Source of the DNA: Clostridia bacterium
GTDB lineage: Bacteria > Bacillota > Clostridia > Christensenellales > Aristaeellaceae
Assembly: GCA_017397895.1 (NCBI GenBank)
Contig: JAFQHP010000032.1
Coordinates: forward strand, 95,785 to 159,784
Length of the DNA: 64,000 nucleotides
Direction of reading: 5' to 3'
The position numbers and the translations under genes are program-made. Every line of letters begins with the position of its first letter. Position 1 is the first letter of the stretch. The notes under the pieces are model-generated. The model had not been told where the DNA came from. It was given only the letters and a program-made list of their open reading frames with translations, and made no database searches. Below, in pieces: positions 55,141-64,000 of this stretch.

Positions 55141-56070
55141 ATGGAATATACCGAAGTTACCATTTCCACCGTTTCCGCAGGGGCGGAACTGATTTCCGAT
55201 CTCCTGATGCTGCTGGGCGCCGCCGGCACCCAGATTCTGGACCGGGCGGACCTGCCCGATCCTTCCAAGCCCACTGCCAACTGGGAACTGATGGACCAAT
55301 CCGTCATCGACGCCATGCCCGAGGACGTGCAGGTAAAAGCCTGGTTTGACGAAGATACATTGAAAACAGCCCTTCCCGTCCTTCGGGAAGAGCTTTCCGC
55401 CATGAAGAGCCACACACCGCCCCTGGGTGCCCTCACCCTTTCCCTGCAGGGGGTGAAGGAGGAAGACTGGTCCGAAAACTGGAAACAGTATTACAAGCCC
55501 TTCCGCATTGGACAGCACATGGTGGTAAAACCAACCTGGGAGGATTTCGACCTGCAGCCTGATGACCTGCTCATCGAAATTGACCCCGGCATGGCCTTTG
55601 GCACCGGCACCCACGAAACCACGGCCATGTGTGTTTCCCTGATTGAAAAATATTACAAGGCCGGTTCCCTCCTGGATGTGGGCACCGGCAGCGGCATTCT
55701 GGCCATTGCTGCGGCCCGCCTTGGTGCCGAAGATATTTATGCCGTGGACATCGACCCCGACGCCGTGCGGGTGGCCCGGGAAAACGTAGCGCATAACGGC
55801 CTGGAGGGCAAAATTGACGTGCAGCAGGGGGACCTGCTCCAGGGCCTGAGCCGTTCTTTCGATTTTGCGGTGGCCAATATCCTGGCTCCGGTCATCTGCA
55901 TGCTGGCGGCACCCCTGAAAAAGCATCTTGCCGAAAACGGCATCTTTGTCTGCTCCGGGATTATTAAGGAAGCAGAAGAGGATGTACATAAAGCGCTGCT
56001 GAAAGCCGGCTACATCATTGACGAAGTGTGCTATCAGGGCGACTGGGTGGCCTTCGCCTGCCATATCTGA
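55141..56070 (+). CDS. prmA: ribosomal protein L11 methyltransferase
   Basis: Motifs are FGTGTHETT and LDVGTGSGILAIAA. Confidence 0.92.
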   Translation: MEYTEVTISTVSAGAELISDLLMLLGAAGTQILDRADLPDPSKPTANWELMDQSVIDAMPEDVQVKAWFDEDTLKTALPVLREELSAMKSHTPPLGALTLSLQGVKEEDWSENWKQYYKPFRIGQHMVVKPTWEDFDLQPDDLLIEIDPGMAFGTGTHETTAMCVSLIEKYYKAGSLLDVGTGSGILAIAAARLGAEDIYAVDIDPDAVRVARENVAHNGLEGKIDVQQGDLLQGLSRSFDFAVANILAPVICMLAAPLKKHLAENGIFVCSGIIKEAEEDVHKALLKAGYIIDEVCYQGDWVAFACHI

Positions 56071-56076
56071 CCAAAC

Positions 56077-56108
56077 AAAAAAAAGCGGTTCAACAAGAAC
56101 CGCTTTTT
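56077..56108. terminator. bidirectional intrinsic terminator
   Basis: GCGGTTC-aacaa-GAACCGC is flanked by A8 and T5. Confidence 0.85.
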
Positions 56109-56118
56109 ATTACAGTTA

Positions 56119-56367
56119 TTACTTGCCGAACAGGCCCTTCAGCTTGCCCAGGATACCGCCGGCATTCTTGGTCAGTTCGTCCAGGTTGATCTTGCCCTTA
56201 ACGGCTTCCACGATCTTTTCCAGCACGTCGTTGTCCAGGTCGATATTGCCCAGGATCTTCTTCACAGTGCCCATGGGATCCTTCTTGAACTGAGCCACGG
56301 TGTTCTTGTTGCCGGTCAGCTTTTCCACTACCTGATCGATGAGTTCCTGAATGTTGAAGTCAGCCAT
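56119..56367 (-). CDS. hypothetical 82-aa Lys-rich helical protein
   Basis: It lies 2 nt downstream of the yegP-like stop. The sequence runs MADFNIQELIDQVVEKL...GGILGKLKGLFGK. I recognise no motif. Confidence 0.5.
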   Translation of the reverse strand: MADFNIQELIDQVVEKLTGNKNTVAQFKKDPMGTVKKILGNIDLDNDVLEKIVEAVKGKINLDELTKNAGGILGKLKGLFGK

Positions 56368-56369
56368 GA

Positions 56370-56744
56370 TTATTCTTCCTCCATTTCTACTTTGGCGTCC
56401 ACAACGTTCTTGCGGACGGATTCAATGCCGTTCAGGCAGCTCTTTTCAGAGGCATAGCCTTCGGAAGCGGCAATGTTCTGGCCGTTCTTGGCCTTCAGAC
56501 GGAAGCGGTATTCACCCGCATTGTCCACATACACTTCGAACTTGGGATGCTTCTGCACGGCATAACCTTCTTCGGTCTGGTTTTCCAGGTTGGCAAGGGG
56601 GGCATTGGCAGCCACGGAAGCAATACCGGCCTTGCAGGTATTCAGGCTTTTGTACATCTGGGAGGTAGCGATCACTTCGCCGTTTCCGGCCTTGAGACGG
56701 AAGCTGAACTTATCGTTCTTTTCACGAATAACAAACTTGCCCAT
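56370..56744 (-). CDS. YegP-family protein (two DUF1508 repeats)
   Basis: It has the tandem repeats FRLKAGNGEVIATSQMYKS and FRLKAKNGQNIAASEGYAS. The promoter is TTGTTA-17-TATAAT (56807-56779). Confidence 0.8.
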   Translation of the reverse strand: MGKFVIREKNDKFSFRLKAGNGEVIATSQMYKSLNTCKAGIASVAANAPLANLENQTEEGYAVQKHPKFEVYVDNAGEYRFRLKAKNGQNIAASEGYASEKSCLNGIESVRKNVVDAKVEMEEE

Positions 56745-56842
56745 TTTAAAACGCTCCTTTGTGTTTATTCTTTTTCACATTATACCAAGTATTTGTGAAA
56801 ATAACAAGTTTTTTTCACCATTTTACGCAACTTTTTTGTGGA

Positions 56843-58234
56843 TCAGGCCTGCATTTCTTCGTGCATGGCCTTGGCAGCCGCTTTTCCTGCTCCCATGGCC
56901 AGGATGACGGTGGCCGCTCCGGTAACGGCATCGCCGCCGGCGTAAACATGGTTCCTTGTGGTAAGCCCGGCTTCGTTCTTTGTGATGATGCAGCCGTGTC
57001 TGTTGGTGTCCAGGCCCGCTGTTGTCTGGCGGATAAGCGGGTTGGGCGACGTGCCGATGGCCATCACCACGCAATCACATTCCACCGTAAAATCGCTGCC
57101 CTCTTCCACCAACGGCCGCCGCCTGCCGGATGCATCCGCTTCTCCCAGTGTCATCTTTACGCAGCGGATGCCGCATACATTCCCCTGTTCATCCCCAAAA
57201 ATGGCGGTGGGGTTAGTCAGCACCCGGAACAGGATGCCTTCCTCCTCTGCATGCTCCACTTCTTCTTTCCTAGCCGGCATTTCCGCCATGGAGCGGCGAT
57301 AAATGATGCTCACTTCCTCCGCACCCAAACGCAGGGCGCACCGGGCCGCATCCATGGCCACATTGCCGCCGCCCACCACCGCCACCTTTTTGCTCATTTT
57401 GATGGGGGTATGGCTGTTGCTTTTGTATGCCTTCATCAGGTTCACCCGGGTCAGAAATTCATTGGCAGAATAAACGCCCTTCAGGCTTTCGCCGGGAATG
57501 CCCATAAACCGGGGCAGGCCGGCGCCGGTGCCGATGAAGATGCTTTTGAATCCCTGCTCAAACAGTTCGTCAATGGTCAGCACCTTACCGATCACCATAT
57601 CGGTGTTGATGGTAACCCCCAATTGTTTCAGCGTATCAATTTCCTTTTGCACAATGGACTTGGGCAAACGGAATTCCGGAATGCCGTATACCAGCACACC
57701 CCCGGCAATGTGCAAAGCTTCAAATACTGTTACGTCATAGCCAAGCCTGGCCAGGTCGCCGGCGCAGGTAAGCCCGGAGGGGCCGGCGCCAATCACGGCC
57801 ATTTTGATGCCGTTGGAAAGGGGCTTTTCCAGGGGCTCGCCGTTTTGCATATGCCAATCTGCCACATACCTCTCCACCCTACCGATGGCCACAGCTTCTC
57901 CCTTGATGCCCCGGACGCACTTTGCCTCGCATTGGTTTTCCTGGGGGCACACACGTCCGCACACAGCAGGCAATGCGCTGGACTTGGAAAGAACGGCATA
58001 GGCACCCTTTTCGTTGCCAGATGCCACTTCCTTCAAAAAGGCGGGAATATCAATCTGCACAGGGCATCCGGATACACAGGGCTTGTGTTTGCAGTTCAGG
58101 CAGCGGGCCGCTTCGTCCCTGGCCACTTCCACGGAATAACCCAGGGCCACTTCCTGAAAATTTCCGCTTCTTTCTTTGGCCTCCTGCATGGGCATGGGCG
58201 CTTTTTCCATTCGCATATTGGGCATCTGGCTCAT
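56843..58234 (-). CDS. nfnB: NADPH-dependent glutamate-synthase-beta-like oxidoreductase (NfnB/SudA type)
   Basis: It has the N-terminal Fe-S motif CLNCKHKPCVSGCP and the motifs VIGAGPSGL and VVGGGNVAMD. It overlaps nfnA by 4 nt. Confidence 0.8.
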   Translation of the reverse strand: MSQMPNMRMEKAPMPMQEAKERSGNFQEVALGYSVEVARDEAARCLNCKHKPCVSGCPVQIDIPAFLKEVASGNEKGAYAVLSKSSALPAVCGRVCPQENQCEAKCVRGIKGEAVAIGRVERYVADWHMQNGEPLEKPLSNGIKMAVIGAGPSGLTCAGDLARLGYDVTVFEALHIAGGVLVYGIPEFRLPKSIVQKEIDTLKQLGVTINTDMVIGKVLTIDELFEQGFKSIFIGTGAGLPRFMGIPGESLKGVYSANEFLTRVNLMKAYKSNSHTPIKMSKKVAVVGGGNVAMDAARCALRLGAEEVSIIYRRSMAEMPARKEEVEHAEEEGILFRVLTNPTAIFGDEQGNVCGIRCVKMTLGEADASGRRRPLVEEGSDFTVECDCVVMAIGTSPNPLIRQTTAGLDTNRHGCIITKNEAGLTTRNHVYAGGDAVTGAATVILAMGAGKAAAKAMHEEMQA

Positions 58235-59070
58235 TCCCCTTTCTTCAGCAGGTTACAGGTATTTTCGTAGGAATGGCGTTCAAAATCCCGGTACATGGCA
58301 GCCCTGGCCATGGCTTCGTCAAAATCCACCAGGTGGCCGTCAAAGTCCGGGCCGTCCACACAGGCAAATCTGGTTTCGCCGCCCACCGTAATGCGGCAGC
58401 CGCCGCACATGCCGGTGCCGTCGATCATCACCGGGTTCATGCTTACCATGGTTTTGATGCCATAGTTTTTCGTCAGCATGGAAACAAACTTCATCATCAC
58501 CAGCGGGCCGATGGCAATCACCAGGTCATAATCCGCACCCGCTTCAATGTTCCTTTTCAGTGCGTCCGTCACAAGCCCCTTTTCCCCGGCGGTGCCGTCG
58601 TCCGTCATCAGGGTGAAGCGGTCAGATACCTGTTCAAATTCTTCCTGCATGATCACCAGGCCGCTGCTGCGGAAGCCCACAATGGTATCCACCTGTGCGC
58701 CCATTTCATGCAGCTTCCTGGCCACAGGATATGCAATGGCACAGCCCACGCCGCCGCCGATGACGGCAGCCTTTTTTACACCCTCCAGCTCCGTTTCCTT
58801 CCCCAAAGGACCCACTACACTGGGCAGATACTCCCCTGCTTTCATCTGGGAAAACAGCATCGTGGTGGCGCCGACAGCCTGTACAACCAGGCAGATGGTG
58901 CCGTTTTCTCTATCAAAATCAGAGATGGTCAGCGGTATACGCTCCCCATCTTCGCACACGCGTACAATTACAAACTGGCCAGGCTGCGCCTTTTTGGCAA
59001 TCAGCGGCGCTTCGATCACCGCCCGGAACACCTGATCATTGAGAAACGTTTTCTCTTTCAGCAAAAACAT
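58231..59070 (-). CDS. nfnA: FAD/NAD-binding ferredoxin-NADP reductase-like subunit (NfnA/SudB type)
   Basis: It has PGQFVIVRV and the C-terminal cluster motif GTGMCGGCR...FACVDGP. The start is at ATG 59070. Confidence 0.8.
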   Translation of the reverse strand: MFLLKEKTFLNDQVFRAVIEAPLIAKKAQPGQFVIVRVCEDGERIPLTISDFDRENGTICLVVQAVGATTMLFSQMKAGEYLPSVVGPLGKETELEGVKKAAVIGGGVGCAIAYPVARKLHEMGAQVDTIVGFRSSGLVIMQEEFEQVSDRFTLMTDDGTAGEKGLVTDALKRNIEAGADYDLVIAIGPLVMMKFVSMLTKNYGIKTMVSMNPVMIDGTGMCGGCRITVGGETRFACVDGPDFDGHLVDFDEAMARAAMYRDFERHSYENTCNLLKKGE

Positions 59071-59267
59071 GGTTTTGTTCCTTTCTTTAAAGAAAAACAT
59101 CGCTTGACATTATAATGCATTTTCCGCTTTTTCACAATATCGTCCATTGTACTTTATCCGCATTCTTTCCTGCGCTGTCAATTATTCCCTTCTCTTTTCC
59201 GGCATTGACGTTTTCGGCAAAAAAAGCTATAATTTGCATGTATATACTTTTGAGGGGGAAACTCATT

Positions 59268-60194
59268 ATGTTTGGAAGAAGAAAAGACGGCCGTGTGCTG
59301 AAGAATATCGACCCCATGATCGCCATCACGCCCTACCTGATGCCCATGCGCTGCGACGCCCAGGTGATGCTGGATCTGAAAGCGGATTATGAAAAACTGG
59401 CCCGCTATATCACCGAAAAGGGCGCTGAAGGCCACAAGATCACCTTTACGGAGCTGGTCATTGCCGCATTCGTCCGTGTGATTGCGGATCTGCCCGAAGT
59501 GAACCGCTTCATTGCCAATAAGCGCATCTATGCCCGCACGGAGCTGACGGTGTCCTTCGCCCTGCTCAAAGACACGGCCGTGCCCGGTGAAATTGAAGAA
59601 AACACCGTCAAGTGCCATTTCAGCCCCTATGATACCATCTTTGACGTATCGGAAAAGGTGAAGAAGCTGATCAATGAAAACCGCCGGGAAGAAGCGGATA
59701 ACCTGACATTGAAACTGACCCGCCTGCTGCTCAACCCCATCCTGGCCAACACCATCGTATCCATTGCCAAATTCCTGGACCGGTATGGCCTGCTTCCCAA
59801 ATTCCTGATGGATGCACTGCCCTTCCATACCTCCATGTTCCTCACCAACATGGCTTCTATCGGCATGCCCGCCGTGAAGCACCACATTTACAATTTCGGC
59901 ACCACCTCCCTGTTCATTTCCATCGGTGCGGTGGAACGCTCCGTGCAGCCCGGCCCGGACGGAAAGCCCGTTCGCAAACGTATGCTTCCCTTTGGCATTG
60001 TGGCGGATGAACGCATCTGCGCCGGCGCTGTGTACGCCAAGATGGTGGCCCGGTTCAATCAGCTGATGAACAACCCTGAGCTGCTGGAAGCTGCACCGGA
60101 AAAGGTTGTGTTTGAAGAAGGCCTGGAATATGACGAAAACGGCCCCATCCGCCGCAGTAGGAAGCAAAAATCCCAGCAGACCGTCTCCGCCTGA
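59268..60194 (+). CDS. stand-alone 2-oxoacid dehydrogenase E2 / CAT-fold acyltransferase-like protein
   Basis: 308 aa. The C-terminus LPFGIVADERICAGAVYAKMVARFNQLMNNPELL aligns by eye to the E2 DHRxxDG region. There is no lipoyl domain. The start follows GAGGGGGA, and the promoter is TTGACG-17-TATAAT. Confidence 0.65.
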   Translation: MFGRRKDGRVLKNIDPMIAITPYLMPMRCDAQVMLDLKADYEKLARYITEKGAEGHKITFTELVIAAFVRVIADLPEVNRFIANKRIYARTELTVSFALLKDTAVPGEIEENTVKCHFSPYDTIFDVSEKVKKLINENRREEADNLTLKLTRLLLNPILANTIVSIAKFLDRYGLLPKFLMDALPFHTSMFLTNMASIGMPAVKHHIYNFGTTSLFISIGAVERSVQPGPDGKPVRKRMLPFGIVADERICAGAVYAKMVARFNQLMNNPELLEAAPEKVVFEEGLEYDENGPIRRSRKQKSQQTVSA

Positions 60195-60228
60195 TTTGGC
60201 CCTTGTTTTGCTATAATTTACAATTTCT

Positions 60229-60266
60229 GCGCCCTGTTTTCATTGACAAGCAGGGCGCTTTGTTTT
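60229..60266 (+). terminator. intrinsic terminator after the E2-like gene
   Basis: GCGCCCTG-(14 nt)-CAGGGCGC is followed by TTTGTTTT. Confidence 0.7.
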
Positions 60267-60307
60267 ATCATAATGAGGATATTAATTTGCTTTCGGAGGT
60301 TCTGCCG

Positions 60308-63300
60308 ATGTTCAATAGGTGCATGCGTTATTTCATGCTTTTTACCGTTGCAGTCATGCTTTTTTGCTGCACCGCTTTTTCTGTGCAGGCAGAAGGCGGC
60401 CAGGTAAGCGGCATTGTATTTGTGGATAAGGATGCAAACGGCGTTTATGACGATGGCGAGCGTGCTATGCAGAACGTGAAGGTGACCCTCTGCTCCGTAT
60501 ATCCCAACGGCGAAACCGAGGATCTTATTTCCGCTACCACCGGCAAGGACGGCCTGTACGCCTTTGCCGTTTCTGCCCAGGGCGAATATCAGCTGCGCTT
60601 TGAACTGCCCAAGGATTACCGCTTTACCCTCCACGGAAAGGGCAGCGCCGCCCTGCCTGCCAAGGGCGAATCAAGCCGCACCCTGCCCTTTACCATCGCC
60701 GGCGGTGAAACGGCTGAAATGAACACCGGTGTTGTCACCGGCAATTCCTATGTATCCATTATCGCCTTCGAAGACGAAAATGCAAACGGCGGCCGCCGGG
60801 ATTCCGAAGCCCTTGTGCGCTATGTGAAGGTGGAACTGTATTACGAATATGAGGGCGAATCCTATCTCATCGCCGATGCCGTTACCGACAAGAAGGGCGA
60901 AACAAGCATTTCTGCCATCTCCCCCGGCACTTATTATGTCAAGGCCACCCTGCCCGAAAATTACGTTTCCGGCCCCATGGGCACCAAGATGAACCTGTTC
61001 TATAATTTCATGCAGCCCAGCCTGGATAACATCTGCTATTCCCCTGCCTTTGAAGTGCCCAACAAGGGCGGCGCTGCCATGGGCATCGGTATGGTGAAAA
61101 CCGGTTCGCTCACCGGCTCCGTATGGACGGACAAAAACGGCGACCGCATCCTGGACGAAGAAACTGAAATGGGCTGCCCCGGCATTCAGGTAACCCTTTC
61201 CTCCCAGGAAATGAATATCACCCGCACCGCCGAACTGGAAATTGACGGCAGCTTTATCCTCACCGGCTTGCAGCCTGCCGCATATCAACTCACCTACACC
61301 CTGCCGGAGGGCTATATTTTCTCCGACAGCACTTCTTCCATTTTGCAGGATATCGCCTCTTCCGCCTCCGTTCCCGTAACGGTGGAAGTGGAAAAAACCA
61401 CCTCCGTTTCCCCCGTTGGCGCGGCAAAGGCTACCAGCGTTGAAATTCTGGTATCTGATGCAGGAAACGAAAACGCTTCCCTTCAGGGCGTGAAGGCCGA
61501 AATCCTGCAGAACGGCAAAATCGTCTCTGCTGCCGTTTCCGGCGATGAAGGCATACTGTGCTTCCCCATTGTGCGTGGCGGCGAAGCAACGGTTTCCTTC
61601 CAGCTGCCCGAAGGCTATGTAGCCGCCAAGGAAAGCGGCATTTTTCCCTTTGAAAACGGACTTATGCAGGGCCAGTTTGCCCTGGATATCCCTCTGGAAG
61701 GCACCCTTTCCTTGAACGCCGCCGCCATCGAAAGCGTTTCCTTCAGCGGCGCCATCACCGAAGATCCCTCCAATACCGGCGTGGTGAATGATGCCAACGC
61801 TCCCCTTGCCGGCTTTACCGTGCAGGCCATTGACGCGGACGGCAGCATCGTCAAAGAAACCGTCACCGGCGAAGACGGCAGATACCTCCTTTCCGGCCTG
61901 ACCCCCGGCGAATACACCCTTCATTTCCTGCTGGATGACCGCTATATCGCCACCCCCTACATGGCGGACAAAATTCCTGCCTTCAACGCCATCTACACCC
62001 AGGAGCCGCTCTTTGGCGCCACCAGGCCCTTCGCCCTTTCCGCCGGTGAAAGCAAAGAAAATGTCAATGCCGCCTTCTTCAAAGCCGGCATTGCCGACGG
62101 CTATGTGCTGCTGAACCCCGGCTATGGGGAACTTTCCGCGCAAAACGGCGGCATGGAAAACGTCACCGTCACCCTGCTGAAGGAAGACGGCACCCCCTAT
62201 CAGGATTATGCCTACAGCCTCACCGATGAAAACGGCTATTTCTGCATCAAGGGCATTCTGCCCGGCAGTTATATGCTGCAGTATACCCTGCCTGAAAACG
62301 GCGTTTTCACCCAGCCTGCTACCAAGGAGCTTATCCACACCGGCAGTGTATTCTCCGTTTCCAACGGCTCCGAAGTGCACGCAGCGCCCGTGGGCGGCGT
62401 GTGGGCAGCCAGCCTTTGCGGTACTGTAGCGGACTACACCACCGAAAGCGGCGTTTCGGCCACGATCACCATGACGGATACCGTTTCCGGTGAAACCATC
62501 ACCGCCAAAACGGATGAAAACGGCTTCTTCTCCTTTGAAAAGCTTATGCCCAATGCCCACCTGATGGACGTTTCGCTGGATAACGGCTATGTGTTTGCAG
62601 ACAGCGAAAAATCTGTCTTCCCCTATCTGAACCAAAGCATCGCTTCTGCCCAGGTCACCTTCTCCATGGGCGCTGCAGAGGAAAACTGCAATATCATCGC
62701 TTCCCTGCCGGTGGACTGGCAGGCCCAGCTTTTCTACGACGAAAACAATAACGGCACCCGGGACGAAAACGAACCCGCCGCTTCCGGACGCACGGTGGAA
62801 ATGTATCTGCGGGACACCCTGATTGGCACCTATACCACCGACGAAAACGGCATTGCACACTTTGATCAGATCATCCCTGCCACCTATACCCTGCGCATCC
62901 CCCTGCATGAAAGAGAAGTGCTTCAGGGCACGGATGATGGCCTTTGCACCATGGATTCGGCATCCCTTCAGCTTCCCCTTTTGCAGTATGCTGTGATTGA
63001 AGGCAGCGTGTGGTGTCTGGACGGCAGTGAAAACGGCATCAGCGGCGTCAATATCACCCTTATGCAGGACGGTGCCGCCGCTTCCGAAGCTGTGACTGAT
63101 GAAAACGGCGCGTTCACCTTTGAAAATCTGCTGGCCGGGGATTATCAGCTGCAAGCCCAGCTTCCCGATTGCTATCTCTTTGCTCGTTCCCAGGACGCTG
63201 CAGACAGAAACAGCTACATCATCAGCCGCAATGACGGTTCCCTCCTCTACGGGCAGATCACCCTGACCATGGGCCAGGTGATGGATGATGCAGATATCGG

Positions 63301-63739
63301 TATCGGCGGCATGGGCGCCATCGGCGATACCGCCTGGATTGACGAAAACAAAAACGGCATGCAGGATATCGGCGAGCCGCTGCTGCCCGGCGTGAAGATT
63401 GAACTGTATCAGTACGGCGAGCTGATCGCTTCCACTCAGACGGATATTTACGGCCGCTACTCCATGAAGGGCCTGTATCCCGGCGTGTATGAAATGCATG
63501 TCACCATGCCTAAGGAAGTAAAGCCCACCGTTCAGCAGACAGAATTCCCCCTGGTGGCCAGCATCCTGCCCGAAAGCAGCGAAACCACGGTGGTGGTGGA
63601 AGACGTGATTGTGCCTTCCATGGGCCGGAATCTGAACGTGGATATGGGCTTTGTGCTGAAAAAGAAGAACGTCTATCCCTCTGAACTGGACCTGACCCCT
63701 CAGAAGAATTGGACGCCCTATTCCTCACTGGAAAACTGA
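60308..63739 (+). CDS. large secreted repeat protein (SdrD-B / Cna-B-like domains)
   Basis: 1143 aa. The signal peptide is MFNRCMRYFMLFTVAVMLFCCTAFSVQA. It has repeated D-x-[DN]-x-[DN]-G..D..E motifs, for example VDKDANGVYDDGE and WIDENKNGMQDIGE, and DENG-F/Y beta-sandwich repeats. Confidence 0.8.
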   Translation: MFNRCMRYFMLFTVAVMLFCCTAFSVQAEGGQVSGIVFVDKDANGVYDDGERAMQNVKVTLCSVYPNGETEDLISATTGKDGLYAFAVSAQGEYQLRFELPKDYRFTLHGKGSAALPAKGESSRTLPFTIAGGETAEMNTGVVTGNSYVSIIAFEDENANGGRRDSEALVRYVKVELYYEYEGESYLIADAVTDKKGETSISAISPGTYYVKATLPENYVSGPMGTKMNLFYNFMQPSLDNICYSPAFEVPNKGGAAMGIGMVKTGSLTGSVWTDKNGDRILDEETEMGCPGIQVTLSSQEMNITRTAELEIDGSFILTGLQPAAYQLTYTLPEGYIFSDSTSSILQDIASSASVPVTVEVEKTTSVSPVGAAKATSVEILVSDAGNENASLQGVKAEILQNGKIVSAAVSGDEGILCFPIVRGGEATVSFQLPEGYVAAKESGIFPFENGLMQGQFALDIPLEGTLSLNAAAIESVSFSGAITEDPSNTGVVNDANAPLAGFTVQAIDADGSIVKETVTGEDGRYLLSGLTPGEYTLHFLLDDRYIATPYMADKIPAFNAIYTQEPLFGATRPFALSAGESKENVNAAFFKAGIADGYVLLNPGYGELSAQNGGMENVTVTLLKEDGTPYQDYAYSLTDENGYFCIKGILPGSYMLQYTLPENGVFTQPATKELIHTGSVFSVSNGSEVHAAPVGGVWAASLCGTVADYTTESGVSATITMTDTVSGETITAKTDENGFFSFEKLMPNAHLMDVSLDNGYVFADSEKSVFPYLNQSIASAQVTFSMGAAEENCNIIASLPVDWQAQLFYDENNNGTRDENEPAASGRTVEMYLRDTLIGTYTTDENGIAHFDQIIPATYTLRIPLHEREVLQGTDDGLCTMDSASLQLPLLQYAVIEGSVWCLDGSENGISGVNITLMQDGAAASEAVTDENGAFTFENLLAGDYQLQAQLPDCYLFARSQDAADRNSYIISRNDGSLLYGQITLTMGQVMDDADIGIGGMGAIGDTAWIDENKNGMQDIGEPLLPGVKIELYQYGELIASTQTDIYGRYSMKGLYPGVYEMHVTMPKEVKPTVQQTEFPLVASILPESSETTVVVEDVIVPSMGRNLNVDMGFVLKKKNVYPSELDLTPQKNWTPYSSLEN

Positions 63740-63777
63740 TTTTCCTTTATCCATCAAATTATAAGCAGGTGACCGCA

Positions 63778-64000
63778 ATGAAAACAGCCAAAGTGCTTCT
63801 CATCCTCATTGCCGTCACCTGCTGTGTTTTTATTGCCGTCATGGCCGGGGTATCCCTGTCTGAAATCAAACCGGTTATCACAATTTATATTACAGCCTGC
63901 CCGCCCGCAGCCGCATCCACCCCTGCACCGCCTGTGGGGGAATTTGATCCCCATTTAGTCACGCTCGAGCAGCTGGACACGCTGCCCGGTATCGGCCCGG
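63778..64000 (+). CDS. comEA: ComEA-like DNA-binding protein, N-terminal part (runs off window)
   Basis: It has an N-terminal TM helix followed by LEQLDTLPGIGP, the start of a helix-hairpin-helix. Confidence 0.65.
   Translation, partial: MKTAKVLLILIAVTCCVFIAVMAGVSLSEIKPVITIYITACPPAAASTPAPPVGEFDPHLVTLEQLDTLPGIGP

Noticed and set aside
59090-59150. A TTCACAA/TTGTGAA half-site upstream of nfnA was considered as a possible Rex operator.
   Set aside because: Only one half-site is present. No inverted partner lies at the 4-6-nt spacing expected for Rex boxes.
60671-63499. A 942-aa minus-strand ORF lies antisense to the SdrD-like repeat gene.
   Set aside because: Its phase is aligned with the sense gene, since 60203 and 60671 are both congruent to 2 mod 3. 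The sense strand has a signal peptide, an RBS and a recognisable repeat architecture. The antisense translation is a Gly/Ala/Val-rich mirror.
1-64000. I looked for CRISPR arrays, IS elements or transposases, integrases, prophage genes, toxin-antitoxin pairs and known defence-system signatures such as nucleases, STAND or AAA ATPases, TIR and SIR2.
   Set aside because: None was found by eye. There are no regularly spaced direct repeats and no ORF with recombinase, transposase or defence-type motifs. Both tRNA-Leu genes lack flanking integrases or duplicated 3' halves.

Overview
This 64-kb chromosomal segment comes from a spore-forming Firmicute that looks like a member of the Clostridia. The G+C content appears to be mid-50s percent by eye. 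Supporting evidence is a type-A RNase P RNA, dpaAB, and Bacillus-type gene order. Most of the window is minus-strand housekeeping. It includes lexA with two SOS boxes, rnpB, and the dgt-dnaG-rpoD-trmK-nif3 operon. It also includes yebC, the long translationally coupled block yicC-gmk-rpoZ-coaBC-priA-def-fmt-rsmB-rlmN-prpC-prkC-rsgA-rpe-rsmA, and ylxM-ffh-rpsP-KH-rimM-trmD. Further housekeeping genes are ftsK, dpaAB, prmA, nfnAB, the start of comEA, and two tRNA-Leu genes. Accessory content is limited. There is a glycan-utilisation block at about 34.5-48.8 kb. It holds a GH10 xylanase, a GH1/PMI/AlsE-like/ROK operon, a GH39 xylosidase, two tandem esterases, a TIM-barrel isomerase and a frameshifted AraC regulator. 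There is also a low-GC islet beside tRNA-Leu(GAG), several small peptidase or membrane modules, and a 1143-aa SdrD-B-repeat secreted protein. I see no CRISPR array, transposase, integrase, prophage or recognisable defence genes. I cannot point to a convincing self-contained novel system. The best leads are modest. They are a terminator-gated leader with a 45-codon ORF in front of a second rsgA-type GTPase, and the PTS-less GH1/PMI/AlsE-like/ROK operon. Others are a 140-nt leader with an anti-SD helix before a zinc-ribbon gene, and phased TGAAAC hexamers in the low-GC islet. The remaining leads are an M50-like protease in the yicC-gmk slot and a stand-alone E2-fold protein with a degenerate active site. 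The many very long antisense ORFs in the track are codon-aligned shadow ORFs. Start codons were adjusted by eye from RBS context. All family assignments are from motif recognition, not from searches.
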